The translations under genes were made by a program, and so were the position numbers. Of a stretch of 53,253 nucleotides of DNA, positions 33,881 through 46,619 are shown piece by piece. Source of the DNA: Gekko japonicus (taxonomy: Eukaryota); contig NW_015174878.1 of assembly GCF_001447785.1 (NCBI RefSeq), positions 339,886 to 393,138 on the forward strand. Direction: 5' to 3'. Under the pieces are notes generated by a model. It had not been told where the DNA came from, ran no database searches, and saw only the letters and a list, made by a program, of their open reading frames with translations. Every line of letters begins with the position of its first letter. The first letter of the stretch is position 1.

Positions 33881-35115
33881 ACAGTGGAAGGCAACGGCAA
33901 ATCACCTCGGCTCTTGTCTTGTCTTGGAAACCCCATGAGGGGTCACCATAAGTCATTTGCCATGTAGTGGAAGGCAAAGGCAAACCACCTCTGCTCTTCT
34001 CTTGCCTTGAAAACCCCATGAGGGGTCACCATAAGTCATTTGCTACATAGTGGAAGGCAAAGGCAAACCATCTCTGCTCATCTCTTGCCTTGAAAACCCC
34101 ATGAGAAGGGCACCATAAGTCATTTGCCATGTAGTGGAAGACAATGTCAAACCACCTCTGCTCATTTCTTGCCGTGAAGACCCCAATGAGGGGTCAACCA
34201 TAAGTCATTTGCTATGTAGTGGAAAGCAATGGCAAACCACCTCTGCTCATCTCTTGCCTTGAAAACCCCATGAGAGAGTCACCATAAGTCATTTTCCATG
34301 TAGTGGAAAGCAATGCAAACCACCTCTGCTCTTCTCTTGCCTTGAAAACGCCATGAGAGAGTCACCATAAGTCATTTGCCATGTAGTGGAAAGCAATGGC
34401 AAACCACCTCTGCTCTTCTCTTGCCTTGAAAACCCACCCAGTGGTTCGAAAGCTTCGGCGAGTAGATAAAATGGGTACCACTCCTTAGAGAGGGTGGGCA
34501 CACTAACCCCCCCTGGTGGGGGGAGGTGTTAGCCGGCGAAATTGAATGTCCAGCTCATAAGCTCAGAAGCCTGGAAAGATCTCTTCGGCATTAAGAAGCC
34601 TGCGATGGGCCAATCCGGCCAGGCGGTGGCAGTGTGGCGCTGAGACTCGAAGCAGTCCTAGGGAAAAAAAACCTGACGTCATCAAGCCAAGCCGAGTCAA
34701 TGCCGTCTGGAACATATCTGAGGCTACAGCTGAACAAAAATCCCCATCGGCTGCAAACGTGTGCGACTTAAAAGATTTATATGTTGTCCTCCCTTACCCC
34801 CTATGAATCATTGTTAGTCCCGTGTGTATATGAGTAACTGTAAATCGCTCAGAGCCAGCAGCTCTGCAGGATTGAGCGATTAATAAATTGAAAGATTAAA
34901 AAAAAAATTAAAAACCCCCATGAAGGGTCACCATAAGTCATTTGCTATGTAGTGGAAGGCAAAGACAAACTACCTCTGCTCATCTCTTGCCTTCAAATCC
35001 CCATGAGGGGTCACCACAAGCCATTTACTATGTAGTGGAAGGCAATGGCGAACCACCTCTGCTCTTCTTTTGCCTTGAAAACCCCATGAAGGGTCACCGT
35101 ATATCAGTTGCAACT
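33881..35115 (+). repeat. ~84-bp minisatellite (about 9 units) derived from a SINE 3' portion, interrupted at 34436-34913
   Basis: GTAGTGGAA unit starts at 33964, 34047, 34131, 34216, 34300, 34383, 34949 and 35032; degenerate 5S-like head upstream (~33780-33870). Confidence 0.85.
34436..34913 (+). mobile_element. Unclassified ~480-bp retroposon-like insertion
   Basis: Splits one minisatellite unit; ends in an AATCGCTC...GAGCGATT stem-loop and an A-rich tail. Confidence 0.6.
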
Positions 35116-36920
35116 GCCTTAGTAATTATTATTAGTGACGTAAGATGAGCTGGTGCTGGCTCTGTAGATCTCTTCCTGCAGAGAAGAGTCTATTAGTCTG
35201 CACATTTTTGTGTCTCCTCCCCTGCCCTGGTCCATTGTCCATCTACTTCCCTTAGCTTAGGTAAACCAGATCAAAGGGAAGAGCTCCTAAGTTAATTGTA
35301 TTAATTGCATCAAATCAACGGGTGCATCAATAGCTATTAGCCAAAGTATATAATTAGAACCTAAGCATGTGGAGGCCTTCTGACTACCCGGTGTTGTTCT
35401 AGAGGGCATTTGGATGATCTTTGCCTTAAAGAGAATTCTGGACAGACTGGCAGTTCGAAGCGCAAGGGAGCAGTGGCAAAAAAAGACCCAGAACGACTTG
35501 TTCCGGGTATTCCTGGTCACACTGCACCACTTGATGTGGGAACATACCAGGGAGGAGGCGCAAGGGAGCATTCACACTGTTGGCCCACCCTGGCGAAGGT
35601 GCAGCTTTCTTTTTGGTAATCCGGCGATATGCACTCTCCAGGGTTTGCTACCACTTTCACCTGGTCTTTTTTAAACTCGGGAGGGAAGCGTCACAAGATG
35701 GGTTGAGTACGGCTGGGGAACGCCGGACAGCTGTGCCTGTGTGAACCAGCCCTATAATCCGTTTGTGAAATGTTTCTGGCATGTGCCTATATTGGGGCAA
35801 GCTGCCAGGACTAGAGGAACCTTCAGTCTAAAGCAGCAGGGCAGCATTTACAGCATTTGGAGGGCTGCTTAATAAGGAAGTCAAGATTTTTTGATTGGAA
35901 GATCAACTGATAGCCTGTTGACCCTGCGAAGTGAACAGAATCTCTGTGGGAGAAGGGACCACACCAAATGGTTTCCTACCTGTTGACCACCTCTACCTGT
36001 ATATCTCAGTACTTCTGATCATCTATGGGGCTCTTTTTGTAGCAGGAACTCCTTTGTGTATAATCCTCCAAGAGCTTCCAGAGCTCTTCTTACAGGGGCT
36101 ACTGTAAGCTCTTGGAGGATTGGCTACATTAGGGGTGTGTCGCCTAATATGCAAAGAAGTTCCTGCTACAAAAAGAGCCCTGCTTATGGGGATTTCCTAC
36201 CTTTTGGACCACCTCTACCTGTATATCTCTGTATTTACTTTTTGATCATCTGCGGGCCTCTTTTTGTGGCAGGAACTCCTTTGCATATTAGGCAACACAC
36301 CCCTAATGTAGCCAATCCTCCAAGAGCTTACAGAGCTTAAAAATGCACAGTCAGTAAAAATGATTTTTTTAAAAAATATATATAAACCAAATATCAATTT
36401 AAAAGTCAACAGGGGCACAGAAACGGCAATTTGGAATTAACTGAAAGAAAAAAAACTGAACCCCCAATAAATATATATCCAAGTAAGACACCTGAGCATT
36501 AAAAAGTCTTGATGATATTAACCTGGGACCTAAAAGAGACAACTATATGTGTCTGCAAGCAATGCTCCCTCTAATCTGTGGAGTCTCGTGAGCAAAAATC
36601 CTACTTTGTGAGCTACTGGAATTAAAGTTTGTGAGTGAGCGATTTGGCTACTGCATAGATTAGTTTGCTCTGGACATGTCCTTCCTGAGCTGAGACAAAA
36701 ATGAGTGAACCAGAGGCTAAAAATCTGCGCACTAGCTCACACTAACTCAGCTTAGAGGGGACACCATCTGCAAGTTCTCTGGGAAGTGAATCTCACCCAA
36801 AAAATGATGCTACCACTGGAAATCCCCATCCTGGAGACATCGCTCTCGTAATTTGAAAATGGCACCATAAAAAAAAAATGAGTCCATTGTGGGGGGGGAA
36901 ATCTCAAAGGGGGGGGGATC

Positions 36921-37249
36921 TGTTAAGTCACTCACTTAACAAAGCAGTCAGAGAGTGGTTCAGCAAGAACACAACTTTATTCTTCAACTCAAACACAACT
37001 CCAACACGGATCAACATCTGATAGCCAGAACAGCCTTTACATTGCGGCTGTCCTGCTTTTAAACATTCCCGGCTAATGTAGCCACACCCACTGTACAAAT
37101 ACCAACCAATAAGGTTGTTCACATAAGGACCAATCACGAATGTTCCCGCTCAGGGAGCTTGCTAGAAGGTGATTGGTTAGGTGCTTCCTGGGCTAGTAAC
37201 ACGATTGGATGGATTTGGATCCTAGCCCAGGATGAAGCTTCAGATAACA
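36921..37249 (-). mobile_element. Probable solo LTR
   Basis: TGTTA...TAACA ends, AATAAA on the minus strand, CCAAT boxes; TSD not clear. Confidence 0.5.
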
Positions 37250-37475
37250 CTTCAATTAGATGTTTCACAACATATCATGCATTCAAGGCAGCTTTGAATA
37301 CACTACAGAATCCATGTGGGATGTCTTTGAAGTACCGGGTCCCAGACTATTTGGGATGTTATACACCTTGCATTGTGCCCAACAATATACTGATAATGCA
37401 GCTTTAAAAAAAATGTTAATGAGTTGAACCCCTGTGCTAAGAGGCACCTGTGGCTATTAGCCACAAGGTATAGAG

Positions 37476-38622
37476 CAGGGGTGGCCAAACTGTGGCTCGG
37501 GAGCCACATGTGGCTCTTTCACACATCTTGTGTGGCTCCCGGGAGGCTCCCATCTATGTGCTCTCTCTCTTTCTTTCTGTCTCTCTTCCTAATCTTAGGA
37601 TGCATTGTGTCCAGATCACGGGAGGTGGTAGTTCCGCTCTATTCTGCTTTGGTCAGGCCTCCCCTGGAGTCCTGTGTCCAGTTTTGGGCACCACATTTTA
37701 GGAAGGATGTTGACAAGCTTGAGTGTGTCCAGAAGAGGGCAGACAGGATGGCGAGAGGGTTGGAATCCAAGTCTTAGGAGGAACGGCTGAAAGAGTTGGG
37801 TCTGTTTAGCCTGGGAAAGAGAAGGCTTAGAGGGGACAGGATTGCAGTCTTCAAATATTGGAAGGGCTGTCATGGAGAAGATGGAGCGGATCTATTCTCT
37901 CTTGCTCCGGATTGCAAGACTAGATCTAATGGGTGGAAATGACAAGAGAGTCATTACCGGCTAAATATCAGGAGAAACTTCCTAACTGTAAGAGAGGTTG
38001 AGCAGTGGAACAGTCTGCCTCGGGAGGTGGTGGATGCTCCGCTGGATATTTTCAAGCAGAGGCTGGACGACCATCTTTTGGGTATGTTGTAGGTATGTAG
38101 GGCTATCTTTCGGCTGTGCGCCTGCAGAGAACAGGGGGTTGGACTAGATGACCTGCAAGGTCCCTTCCAACTCTAACATTCTATGATTCTATGATTCCTT
38201 CATCCTTTCCCCTCCATTCCCCATCTATTTGCTTTGTTTGTATCTCTCTCTCTCTCTCTCTTTTTCTTGCTCTCTCTCCTTCCGTCCTTCCTTCCTGCCT
38301 TCCGTCCTTCCTTCCTTTCCTTCCTTCCTTCCTTCCTTCCTTCCTTCCTTCTTTCTCTTTCATTCTTTCTTTCCACATCTCTCTCTCTCAGACACATAAA
38401 AATCATTAGCAAACAAATAAATATAATTTGACAAATAAATATCATTATCTATATCTGTTTTTACTCCTTTTGTTTTTATTTTTGGCAGTCTCATTTAATG
38501 GTTTTTTTTAAAAAAAAATCTTTTCCAATTAAAAATGTAATATTTGTTCATGTCTTGTGGTTCTCAAATATCTGACGTTTATTCTGTGTGTCTCTTACGT
38601 TAAGCAAGTTTGGCCACACCTG
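37476..38622. mobile_element. hAT (Charlie-like) MITE inside a CR1 3'UTR, itself containing a CR1 fragment (37595-38195, +) and a (CCTT)n microsatellite
   Basis: CAGGGGTGGCCAAAC...GTTTGGCCACACCTG; TSD GTATAGAG/GTATTGAG; the inner CR1 has a (ATTCTATG)n tail. Confidence 0.75.
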
Positions 38623-38630
38623 GTATTGAG

Positions 38631-39010
38631 GGAACACTATGTCTGGAGCAGTGATGCTCTGTCTTCTCAGTGCTTCAGGGGGCAACCGTGGGAGGGCGTC
38701 TGGAGTTCTGGCCCTGCTGGTGGACCTCCTAATGGCCCCCTGGGTTTTGGCCACTGTGTGACACAGAGTGTTGGACTGGATGGGCCATTGGTCTGACCCA
38801 ACATGGCTTCTGTTATGTTCTTATGTCTGGGGCAAGGGATGCTCTGTCTTCTTGGTGCTTGGGGGGCAAGAGTGGGAGGGCTTCTGGAGTTCTGGCCCTG
38901 CTGGTGGACCTCCTGATGGCCCCTGGGTTTTGGCCACTGTGTGACACAGAGTGTTGGATGGGATGGGCCATTAGCCTGATCCAACATGGCTTCTCTTATG
39001 TTATGTTCTT
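38631..39010 (+). mobile_element. CR1 3'UTR, tandem duplicate
   Basis: Two units ending TTATGTTCTTA. Confidence 0.72.
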
Positions 39011-39759
39011 ATTATATCTGAGTACCTGATGCTAAAGATGAATAATAGAGGATCAGAGTGTGCCGCATGCCTTATCTATGGGCTTGCCAAAGGCATCTTT
39101 CCGGCTATTGTTCCAAACAGGATGTCATTTTGATCCGGCAAGACAGCACTTAAGGTTCACACCCCCGCAGAACTAATGCCTGTACAAGAGAGCTTTCCCC
39201 ATCAGTCAGTCCTGCAACAGAGCTGCATGAAACAGCATTTCCAGTCGTTTGTCATCAGATTGCAACTCCGAGTGACCTGTATGCAAAACACCCCAGATGG
39301 GCCAGGCTTCTTGACACTCTAGACAGCTCAGCATAATGATTACTCCTGTGCTGCTCTTGTGGAGATAAAAATCACCCGATGACAGGGTAATGAGGGCTGC
39401 AATGAGAGGCCAGGTGAGGACAGGTGATAAAGAATGGGATGTAGGATGGAAGCCAAGCGGAAGATTGCTGACAAGGTGGAACTAGAGTGGGGATGAGCAG
39501 GGGGTGTGGTCCTGCTAGCTGATTGATGGAGGGACCAGAGTCATAAACAAGGGCTAGGAACTGTCAAGGTGGGGCAGAGCTAGAGAATGTGGGAAGGAAA
39601 GTCCTCAGGAATTGAGGGAAGAGAGGTTGTTAACCTATTTTGTTTCTTTTCGTACTTTTTTTTAATTCACTGGCTCCCGAGTCTTTGTTTTTCTTTCCTT
39701 TTAAAAGGCGCCCTCCTTCAGATCAGGCCTGTAGCACGAAAGCAAGTGTCTTCCAGAGG

Positions 39760-40372
39760 TGAAGAAGCAGAAGCAGAAGAAGAGGTAGAAGAAGACGATT
39801 AAGTGAAAGAAGCAGAAGCAGCAGCAGAAGCAGCAGGGGCAGAGGAAGATGAAGCAGAAGAAGCAGAAGAAGCAGAAGAAGGAGAAGCAGCAACAGAAGC
39901 AGTAGAAGCAGAAGATGAAGCAGAAGCAGCAGAAGATGAAGCAGAAGAAGCAGAAGATGAAGTAGAAGCAGCAGAAGATGAAGCAGAAGCAGCAGAAGAT
40001 GAAGCAAAAGAGGCAGAAGATGAAGCAGAAGAAGCAGAAGATGAAGCAAAAGAGGCAGAAGATGAAGCAAAAGAGGCAGAAGATGAAGCAAAAGAGGCAG
40101 AAGATGAAGCAGAAGAAGCAGAAGATGAAGCAGAAGCAGCAGAAGATGAAGCAGAAGAAGCAGAAGATGAAGCAAAAGAGGCAGAAGATGAAGCAGAAGA
40201 AGCAGAAGCAGAAGATGAAGATGAAGCAGAAGAAGCAGAAGATGAAGCAAAAGAGGCAGAAGATGAAGCAGAAGAAGCAGAAGCAGAAGATGAAGATGAA
40301 GCAGAAGAAGCAGAAGATGAAGCAAAAAAAGCAGAAGATGAAGCAGAAGCAGAAGCAGCAGCAGCAGAAGAA
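39760..40372. repeat. GAA/GCA/GAT compound repeat with 21-bp higher-order unit
   Basis: GAAGATGAAGCA(AAAGAG/GAAGAA)GCA repeated; abuts the tail of a minus-strand SINE. Confidence 0.9.
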
Positions 40373-40630
40373 GTTTTTATACCCAGCTTTTCTCAACTTT
40401 AAGGAATCTCAAAGCAACTTACAATCACATTCACTTCCACTGACAATCACATTCACAACAGGCACCTTGTGAGTTGGGTGGGGCTGAGAGAGCTCTGAGA
40501 GAACTGCTCTTGAGAGAACAGCTCTGAGAGAGCTATGGCTGACCTGAGGTCACCCAGCTGACTGCATGTGGAGGAGGAGTGGGGAATCAAACCCAGTTCT
40601 CCCAGATTAGAGACTGCACCATGCTGGCTC
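40373..40630 (-). mobile_element. Squam3-type SINE
   Basis: Reverse-complement family sequence. Confidence 0.75.
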
Positions 40631-40836
40631 TCAGGCTCAAATGCTTTGTGTCACTTTCCAGCCATGTCCAAAATTATTCAGATGGTGACTCCTCAGTAAA
40701 AAAGGATGCCAAGCTTCCTCAAAAGTTTTGTCCTTGGGCATTCATATTAAAAAAAATGGGGGAAAGAACTTTGTTCATGCTCAGATGTGCTATTCTAGAT
40801 GTCAGAAGTATATGGGCACTGAAATTGGCCATCTTA

Positions 40837-41205
40837 GGCCCCGGTCACATGGCAAAGTTGCCGCAGGAGAGGCACAGAAGGTGGGCGGATTAACCGGGTG
40901 CGATCACACCCCAACATCTGGGAAGTGGAACGCACCCGTGGCTTACTGCCGACAATGTGCATTTAAAAACTAGTACCTCCAAGGTACTAGTAAACGTTTG
41001 CCACGGGCTGCCTTCAGACGCCCGTGGTGTGATCGCGCCGATGCACGGCATTCCCTTTCGGTCCCTCGTTTACCCGCTGGCGCCGAGGGAAGGACCCGTG
41101 CTGTGCGGCCGGAGCGTCTGATCGCGTAATCACAGGTCAAACGGCGCCAGGGCAATTAGCCACGCCTCCCCCCCCCCACGATATCCATCCTGTTTGCCCG
41201 GGGCC
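40837..41205. mobile_element. CpG-rich Harbinger-like MITE
   Basis: GGCCCCGG...CCGGGGCC termini flanked by TTA/ATA; internal palindrome CTAGTACCTCCAAGGTACTAG. Confidence 0.55.
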
Positions 41206-41561
41206 ATAAACTCTTTATTGACAGTCATATTAATTTCAAACCTACTGTCTCCACTTCTGCTTTTGCCTCTAAGTCAGTATGTTTAGGCTCACAACCAGTT
41301 TCAGAGTGAGAGACACCAAAATCTATCATTTCTTTGAGGTGCATCGGCTATTTGTACTGGCTTCTGCTGGTGAGCGATTGATGGGAAAAGACCACATCCA
41401 TGCACAGATAAATCTAGCATGTCAGTGAAAAACTAGGCCAGAATGTTCTCCATGATGTGATCTCTCTCTCTCTCTTTCTGTGCAGGAAAGAATATTCACA
41501 TATGGGAATGCTAATATGTGATCCCACCTGAAAAGGTGTAATCCAGACACAGGTTTATAAC

Positions 41562-41764
41562 NNNNNNNNNNNNNNNNNNNNNNNNNNNNNNNNNNNNNNN
41601 NNNNNNNNNNNNNNNNNNNNNNNNNNNNNNNNNNNNNNNNNNNNNNNNNNNNNNNNNNNNNNNNNNNNNNNNNNNNNNNNNNNNNNNNNNNNNNNNNNNN
41701 NNNNNNNNNNNNNNNNNNNNNNNNNNNNNNNNNNNNNNNNNNNNNNNNNNNNNNNNNNNNNNNN
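41562..41764. other. Assembly gap
   Basis: N run. Confidence 0.99.
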
Positions 41765-42022
41765 CCACCCTTCACTATCCAAAGGAGTCTCAGAGCACCT
41801 TCCAATCCCTTTCCTTTCCCCTCCCTACAACAGACACCCTGTGAGGTAGGTGGGGCTGAGAGAGCTCTTTTGAGAACTCTGAGAGAATTATTTGTGAGAG
41901 AACAGCTCTGAGAGAACCATGACTGACCCAAGGTCACACCAGCAGCTGCATGTAGAGGAGTGGGGAATCAAACTCAGTTCTCCTGGATTAGAGTTCACCC
42001 CTCCTAACCACTACACCAAACT
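41765..42022 (-). mobile_element. Squam3-type SINE
   Basis: Family sequence; tail lost in the gap. Confidence 0.8.
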
Positions 42023-42529
42023 CACCACTAACTTGGGGGTTCCATATTCTTCTTGTGTGTGTTTTTTTTAGCTACAGATAATGAAAAAGCTAGCATTCCA
42101 CACTCTTCAGACTAAGTAATGATTTTGTCACCACCACCCTTAAAGTAAAAAAATCATATTTGCAGGTGGTGGAGTTAAGAGGGTTTATTTGGCCTGGCCA
42201 GTTGGAAAGGATACATGGAAGGCTCTTCGTTGCAAGCCAATGTCTCAACATCATGGTTTTGTCACCATGCTAGGAAAAGCATGACTACATTAAGTGTTGC
42301 AGCTAAGCAGGGCATTTGGTGGTCTGTTACCCAAATCAGTCTTTGTGTCAGATCTGCCACTGGAAAAGTGTCCCCTGCACATGAAAAACCCAAAACAAGT
42401 CCAAGAGCAAACCACTGAAAAATGTTGTATGCACAGTTCCCAGTCTGGCACGATAAATACCCCAATGAGGGACAGAGGAGAGAAAGCACATACTTAGCCA
42501 GACAGAAACGTTATTCTCATTTTCTCTTA

Positions 42530-43085
42530 TGTTCTTTAAAAGAAACCATGTTGAATCGGGCCAGTGGCCCATCCAGTCCGGACCTCTGTTTTACACAGTG
42601 GCCAAAACCCAGGGGCCATCAGGAGGTCCACCAGTGGGGCCAGAACTCCAGAAGCCTTCCCAGTGTTGCCCCCCCAAGTGCCAAGAAGACAGAGCATCAC
42701 TGCCCCAAACATAAGAACATAAGAGAAGCCATGTTGGATCAGGCCAGTGGCCCATCCAGTCCAAACCTCTCTTTCACACAGTGGCCAAAACCCAGGGGCC
42801 ATCAGGAGGTCCACCAGTGGGGCCAGAACCCCAGAAGCCTTCCCAGTGTTGCCCCCCAAGCACCAAGATACGAAGCATCACTGCCACAGACAGAGTGTTC
42901 CATCTAGACCTTGTGGCTAATAGTAACTGATGGACCTCTGCTCCATATGCTTATCTAATCCCCTCTTGCATCTGTCCATGTTTGTAGCTGCCACCGCCTC
43001 CTGTGGCAGTGAATACCATGTGTTAATGACTCTTTGGGTGAAGAAGTACTTCCTTTCGACTCTTCCGAGCCTACTGCTCCTTAAT
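42530..43085 (-). mobile_element. CR1 3' fragment with duplicated 3'UTR
   Basis: ORF 42917-43180 contains RKYFFTQRVINTW; CATAAGAA tails. Confidence 0.78.
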
Positions 43086-43508
43086 TTTATTGACCTGCAA
43101 GTGGGTTGCAAAGCCTGCTTGAATGCATTGTAGCCTCCTATTGGCTTGTGGTGGATGTTCCCTTCCCCACCTGAATCCATGAGGAATCTCTGAGGTGGAG
43201 GAAGTGGGACATAGCAAGCCAGCCAGCTACAGAATATGAAAAAGCTAGCACATAAAGCCTGTAGTGGAATCAGTCATGCAAGTTGAGTAGTGCCACAGTG
43301 GAATCAGCTCCCTAGGGGGGTGGTGAGCTCCCCCTCCCTGGCAGTCTTTAAGCAGCGACTGGCCAAACACCTTGTCAGGGATGCTCTAGGCTGATCCTGC
43401 ATTGAGCAGGGGGTTGGGTTACATGACCTATAAGTCCAAGTCTGTGACTCTATAGTTTTAGCATCACATTGGCAGGCCTGGCCCCAATGAGTCTTCCCTC
43501 AAAAGCTA

Positions 43509-43927
43509 NNNNNNNNNNNNNNNNNNNNNNNNNNNNNNNNNNNNNNNNNNNNNNNNNNNNNNNNNNNNNNNNNNNNNNNNNNNNNNNNNNNNNNNNNNNN
43601 NNNNNNNNNNNNNNNNNNNNNNNNNNNNNNNNNNNNNNNNNNNNNNNNNNNNNNNNNNNNNNNNNNNNNNNNNNNNNNNNNNNNNNNNNNNNNNNNNNNN
43701 NNNNNNNNNNNNNNNNNNNNNNNNNNNNNNNNNNNNNNNNNNNNNNNNNNNNNNNNNNNNNNNNNNNNNNNNNNNNNNNNNNNNNNNNNNNNNNNNNNNN
43801 NNNNNNNNNNNNNNNNNNNNNNNNNNNNNNNNNNNNNNNNNNNNNNNNNNNNNNNNNNNNNNNNNNNNNNNNNNNNNNNNNNNNNNNNNNNNNNNNNNNN
43901 NNNNNNNNNNNNNNNNNNNNNNNNNNN
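43509..43927. other. Assembly gap
   Basis: N run. Confidence 0.99.
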
Positions 43928-44549
43928 AATCTGTTTTTGGTACGTATGGCCCTGATCAATGGATTTAGGTATCTGCAGGTGGGGGCCACACTTAAGAATT
44001 AGATAAATGGATGGATGGATGGATTATAGATAGAAATGAATATCTAATAATGACAAAGGATCCAAGCATCCATCCATCCTTCTGTCTGATTGTGACAAGC
44101 ATCACTCATCAGCACATAGAGCCAGGAGTATCAAAACTGACCAGAAACTTCATAACGATCATGGGAGTTAAAAGTGTGGCAAACATGAAGGGAATCGAAG
44201 CATCCTGCCCCGGGCAACCTCCACCCCCCCCCCCACGCCTCCATGCTATTTGCTCTTAGTATTGAAAGGGATGCTTCTGACCTGGGTCTCATCACAGGTG
44301 TTGTGAACACACCTGCCTCATTTGCTTGTCCCCTGTGACCTTCTTGGCTGTGCAATTTCTCCTTGCAACACAATGGCCTGACACCAGGTGGAGCAACTTC
44401 CAGCTTTCTTTGAAGCTGTTATCTACAAAGCTACTGATGGAGAATTTCCCAGACTGCTGGACTTTAGAACATCCACAGGAGGTCAGCAAAGTGTAAGACA
44501 TATGAGAGAACCTGTTACATAGCCAGGAGTTATGGCAATGAAGGGCTGG

Positions 44550-44843
44550 GGAAGAAGAAGAAGTAGAAGAGAAGAGATAGGATTTATACCCCACCCTTTA
44601 CTACCCAAGGGAGTCTCACAGTGGCTTACAAACTCCTTTCCCTTCCCCTCCCCACAACAGACACCCTGTGAGGTAGGTGGGACTGAGAGAGCTCTGACAG
44701 AAACTGCTGTTTTTCAAGAACAGCTCTCATCAGAGCTACACCTTGCCCAGGGTCATCCAGCCAGGTGCAAGTGGAGGAGTGGGGAATCAAACCCGGTTCT
44801 CCCAGATTAGAGTCTGCACACTTAACCACTACACCAAACTGGC
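44550..44843 (-). mobile_element. Squam3-type SINE
   Basis: Family sequence with CTT tail. Confidence 0.83.
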
Positions 44844-45392
44844 TGTGGGAGGGCTTCTAGTGTCTTGGCCTCACTGGTGGACCTCCTGATGGCACCTGGT
44901 ATTTTTGGCCACTGTGTGACACAGAAGTGTTGGACTGGATGGGCCTTTGGCCTGACCCAACATTGGCTTCTCTTATGTTCTTATAGGAACTCTCAGTCTG
45001 GGGCAAGTGATGCTTTGTATTCTTGGTGTTTGGGGGGGAGGGTGACAGTGGGAGGGCTTCTAGTGTCTTGGCCTCACTGGTGGACCTCCTGATGGCACCT
45101 GGTATTTTTGGCCACTGTGTGACACAGAAGTGTTGGACTGGATGGGCCTTTGGCCTGACCCAACATTGGCTTCTCTTATCTTCTTATAGGAACTCTCGGT
45201 CTGGGGCAAGTGATGCTTTGTATTCTTGGTGCTTGGGGGGGGGTGACAGTGGGAGGGATTCTAGTGTCTTGGCCCCACTGCTGGACCTCCTGATGGTACC
45301 TGGTATTTTTGGGCACTGTGTGACAGAGTGCTGGGCTGGATGGGGCATTGGCCTGACCCAACATTGGCTTCTCTTACGTTCTTATGTTCTTA
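44844..45392 (+). mobile_element. CR1 3'UTR, three tandem units
   Basis: ~200-bp units ending CTCTTATGTTCTTA. Confidence 0.75.
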
Positions 45393-45656
45393 AACAGCAG
45401 AAGAATCCCTGAACACTAATCTTACATGATCTTTGGGGTTAGAGCAGGCCAATTCCCTCCTTCCTTAACATTATTTAAACTGCTCTCAGTATTCCAAGAG
45501 CAATATAACCCTAACCCATTAGTCCCCTGGGGAAGGAAAAGTTCCTGAAGTATAGAACTACCAGAAGGTTGCTCTATTCATGATTACCCAAAGCACAAGC
45601 AAAAGGGGAATCTTTAAGTCTGTTCCTTACATCAGTGTTTCCCAACCTGTGGGTTA

Positions 45657-46040
45657 AGAACATAAGAGAAACCATGTTGGATCAGGCCAATGGCCCGACC
45701 AGTCCAGCACGCTGTGTCCCACTATGTCCAAAACCCAGGTGCCATCAGAAGGTCCACCAGCAACGCCAAGACTCCATAAGCCCTCCCACTGTGGCCTCCC
45801 AAGCACCAAGAATACAGAGCATTCCTACCCCAGACAGAGTGTTCCACCTATACCTTGAGGCTAATAGCCACTGATGGACCTCTGCTCCATATCTTTATCC
45901 AATCCCCACTTGAAGCTGTCTATGCTTGTAGCTGCCACCACTTCCTGCAGCAGTGAATTCCACATGTTTTTGTGACTCTTTGGGTGAAGAAGTACTTCCT
46001 TTTGACTCTTCCAAGCCTACTGCTTCTTAATTTCATTGAC
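45657..46040 (-). mobile_element. CR1 3' fragment
   Basis: AAGAACATAAGAG tail; GAAGAAGTACTTCC ORF2-end motif. Confidence 0.72.
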
Positions 46041-46150
46041 CCACAAGTGGGTCGCAAGGCCTGCTTAAGTGCATTGTAGGCTCTTGCTGTCTTGTTCTTT
46101 CTGTGTTAATATCCTAGAGGAAAGATTAATGACTAAGTTTTCCTCCTGCC

Positions 46151-46280
46151 NNNNNNNNNNNNNNNNNNNNNNNNNNNNNNNNNNNNNNNNNNNNNNNNNN
46201 NNNNNNNNNNNNNNNNNNNNNNNNNNNNNNNNNNNNNNNNNNNNNNNNNNNNNNNNNNNNNNNNNNNNNNNNNNNNNNNN
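46151..46280. other. Assembly gap
   Basis: N run. Confidence 0.99.
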
Positions 46281-46524
46281 CCTTCACTTGGAGTCTCAGA
46301 GCGGCTTACAAACTCCTTTCCCTTCCCCTCCCCACAACAGACACCCTGTGAGGTGGGTGGGGCTGAGAGAGCTCTGACACAAACTGCTCTTTCAGGAACA
46401 GCTGTGCCAGAGCTTGTGAATGACCCAAGGTCACATCAGCAGGTGCAAGTGGTAGAGTGGGGAATCAAACCCGGTTCTCCCAGATTAGAGTCCGCACACT
46501 TAATCACGACACCAAACTGGCTCT
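46281..46524 (-). mobile_element. Squam3-type SINE
   Basis: Family sequence. Confidence 0.8.
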
Positions 46525-46619
46525 CAGGAGTGAAAAAAGAAAATTCTCCTTAACCTGTCTTTTAGTCTCTCTTACTAAAATGTAGTCATTAGTCAATCTC
46601 TCTCCTGGAGAGATTTCAA

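Noticed and set aside
33881-35115. CRISPR-like array
   Set aside because: Vertebrate DNA; contiguous units without unique spacers and no cas genes
39701-40472. Cys/Phe-, Leu- and Lys/Gln-rich long ORFs
   Set aside because: Translations of a trinucleotide-derived repeat
41422-46377. ORFs containing X runs
   Set aside because: Artefacts of N gaps
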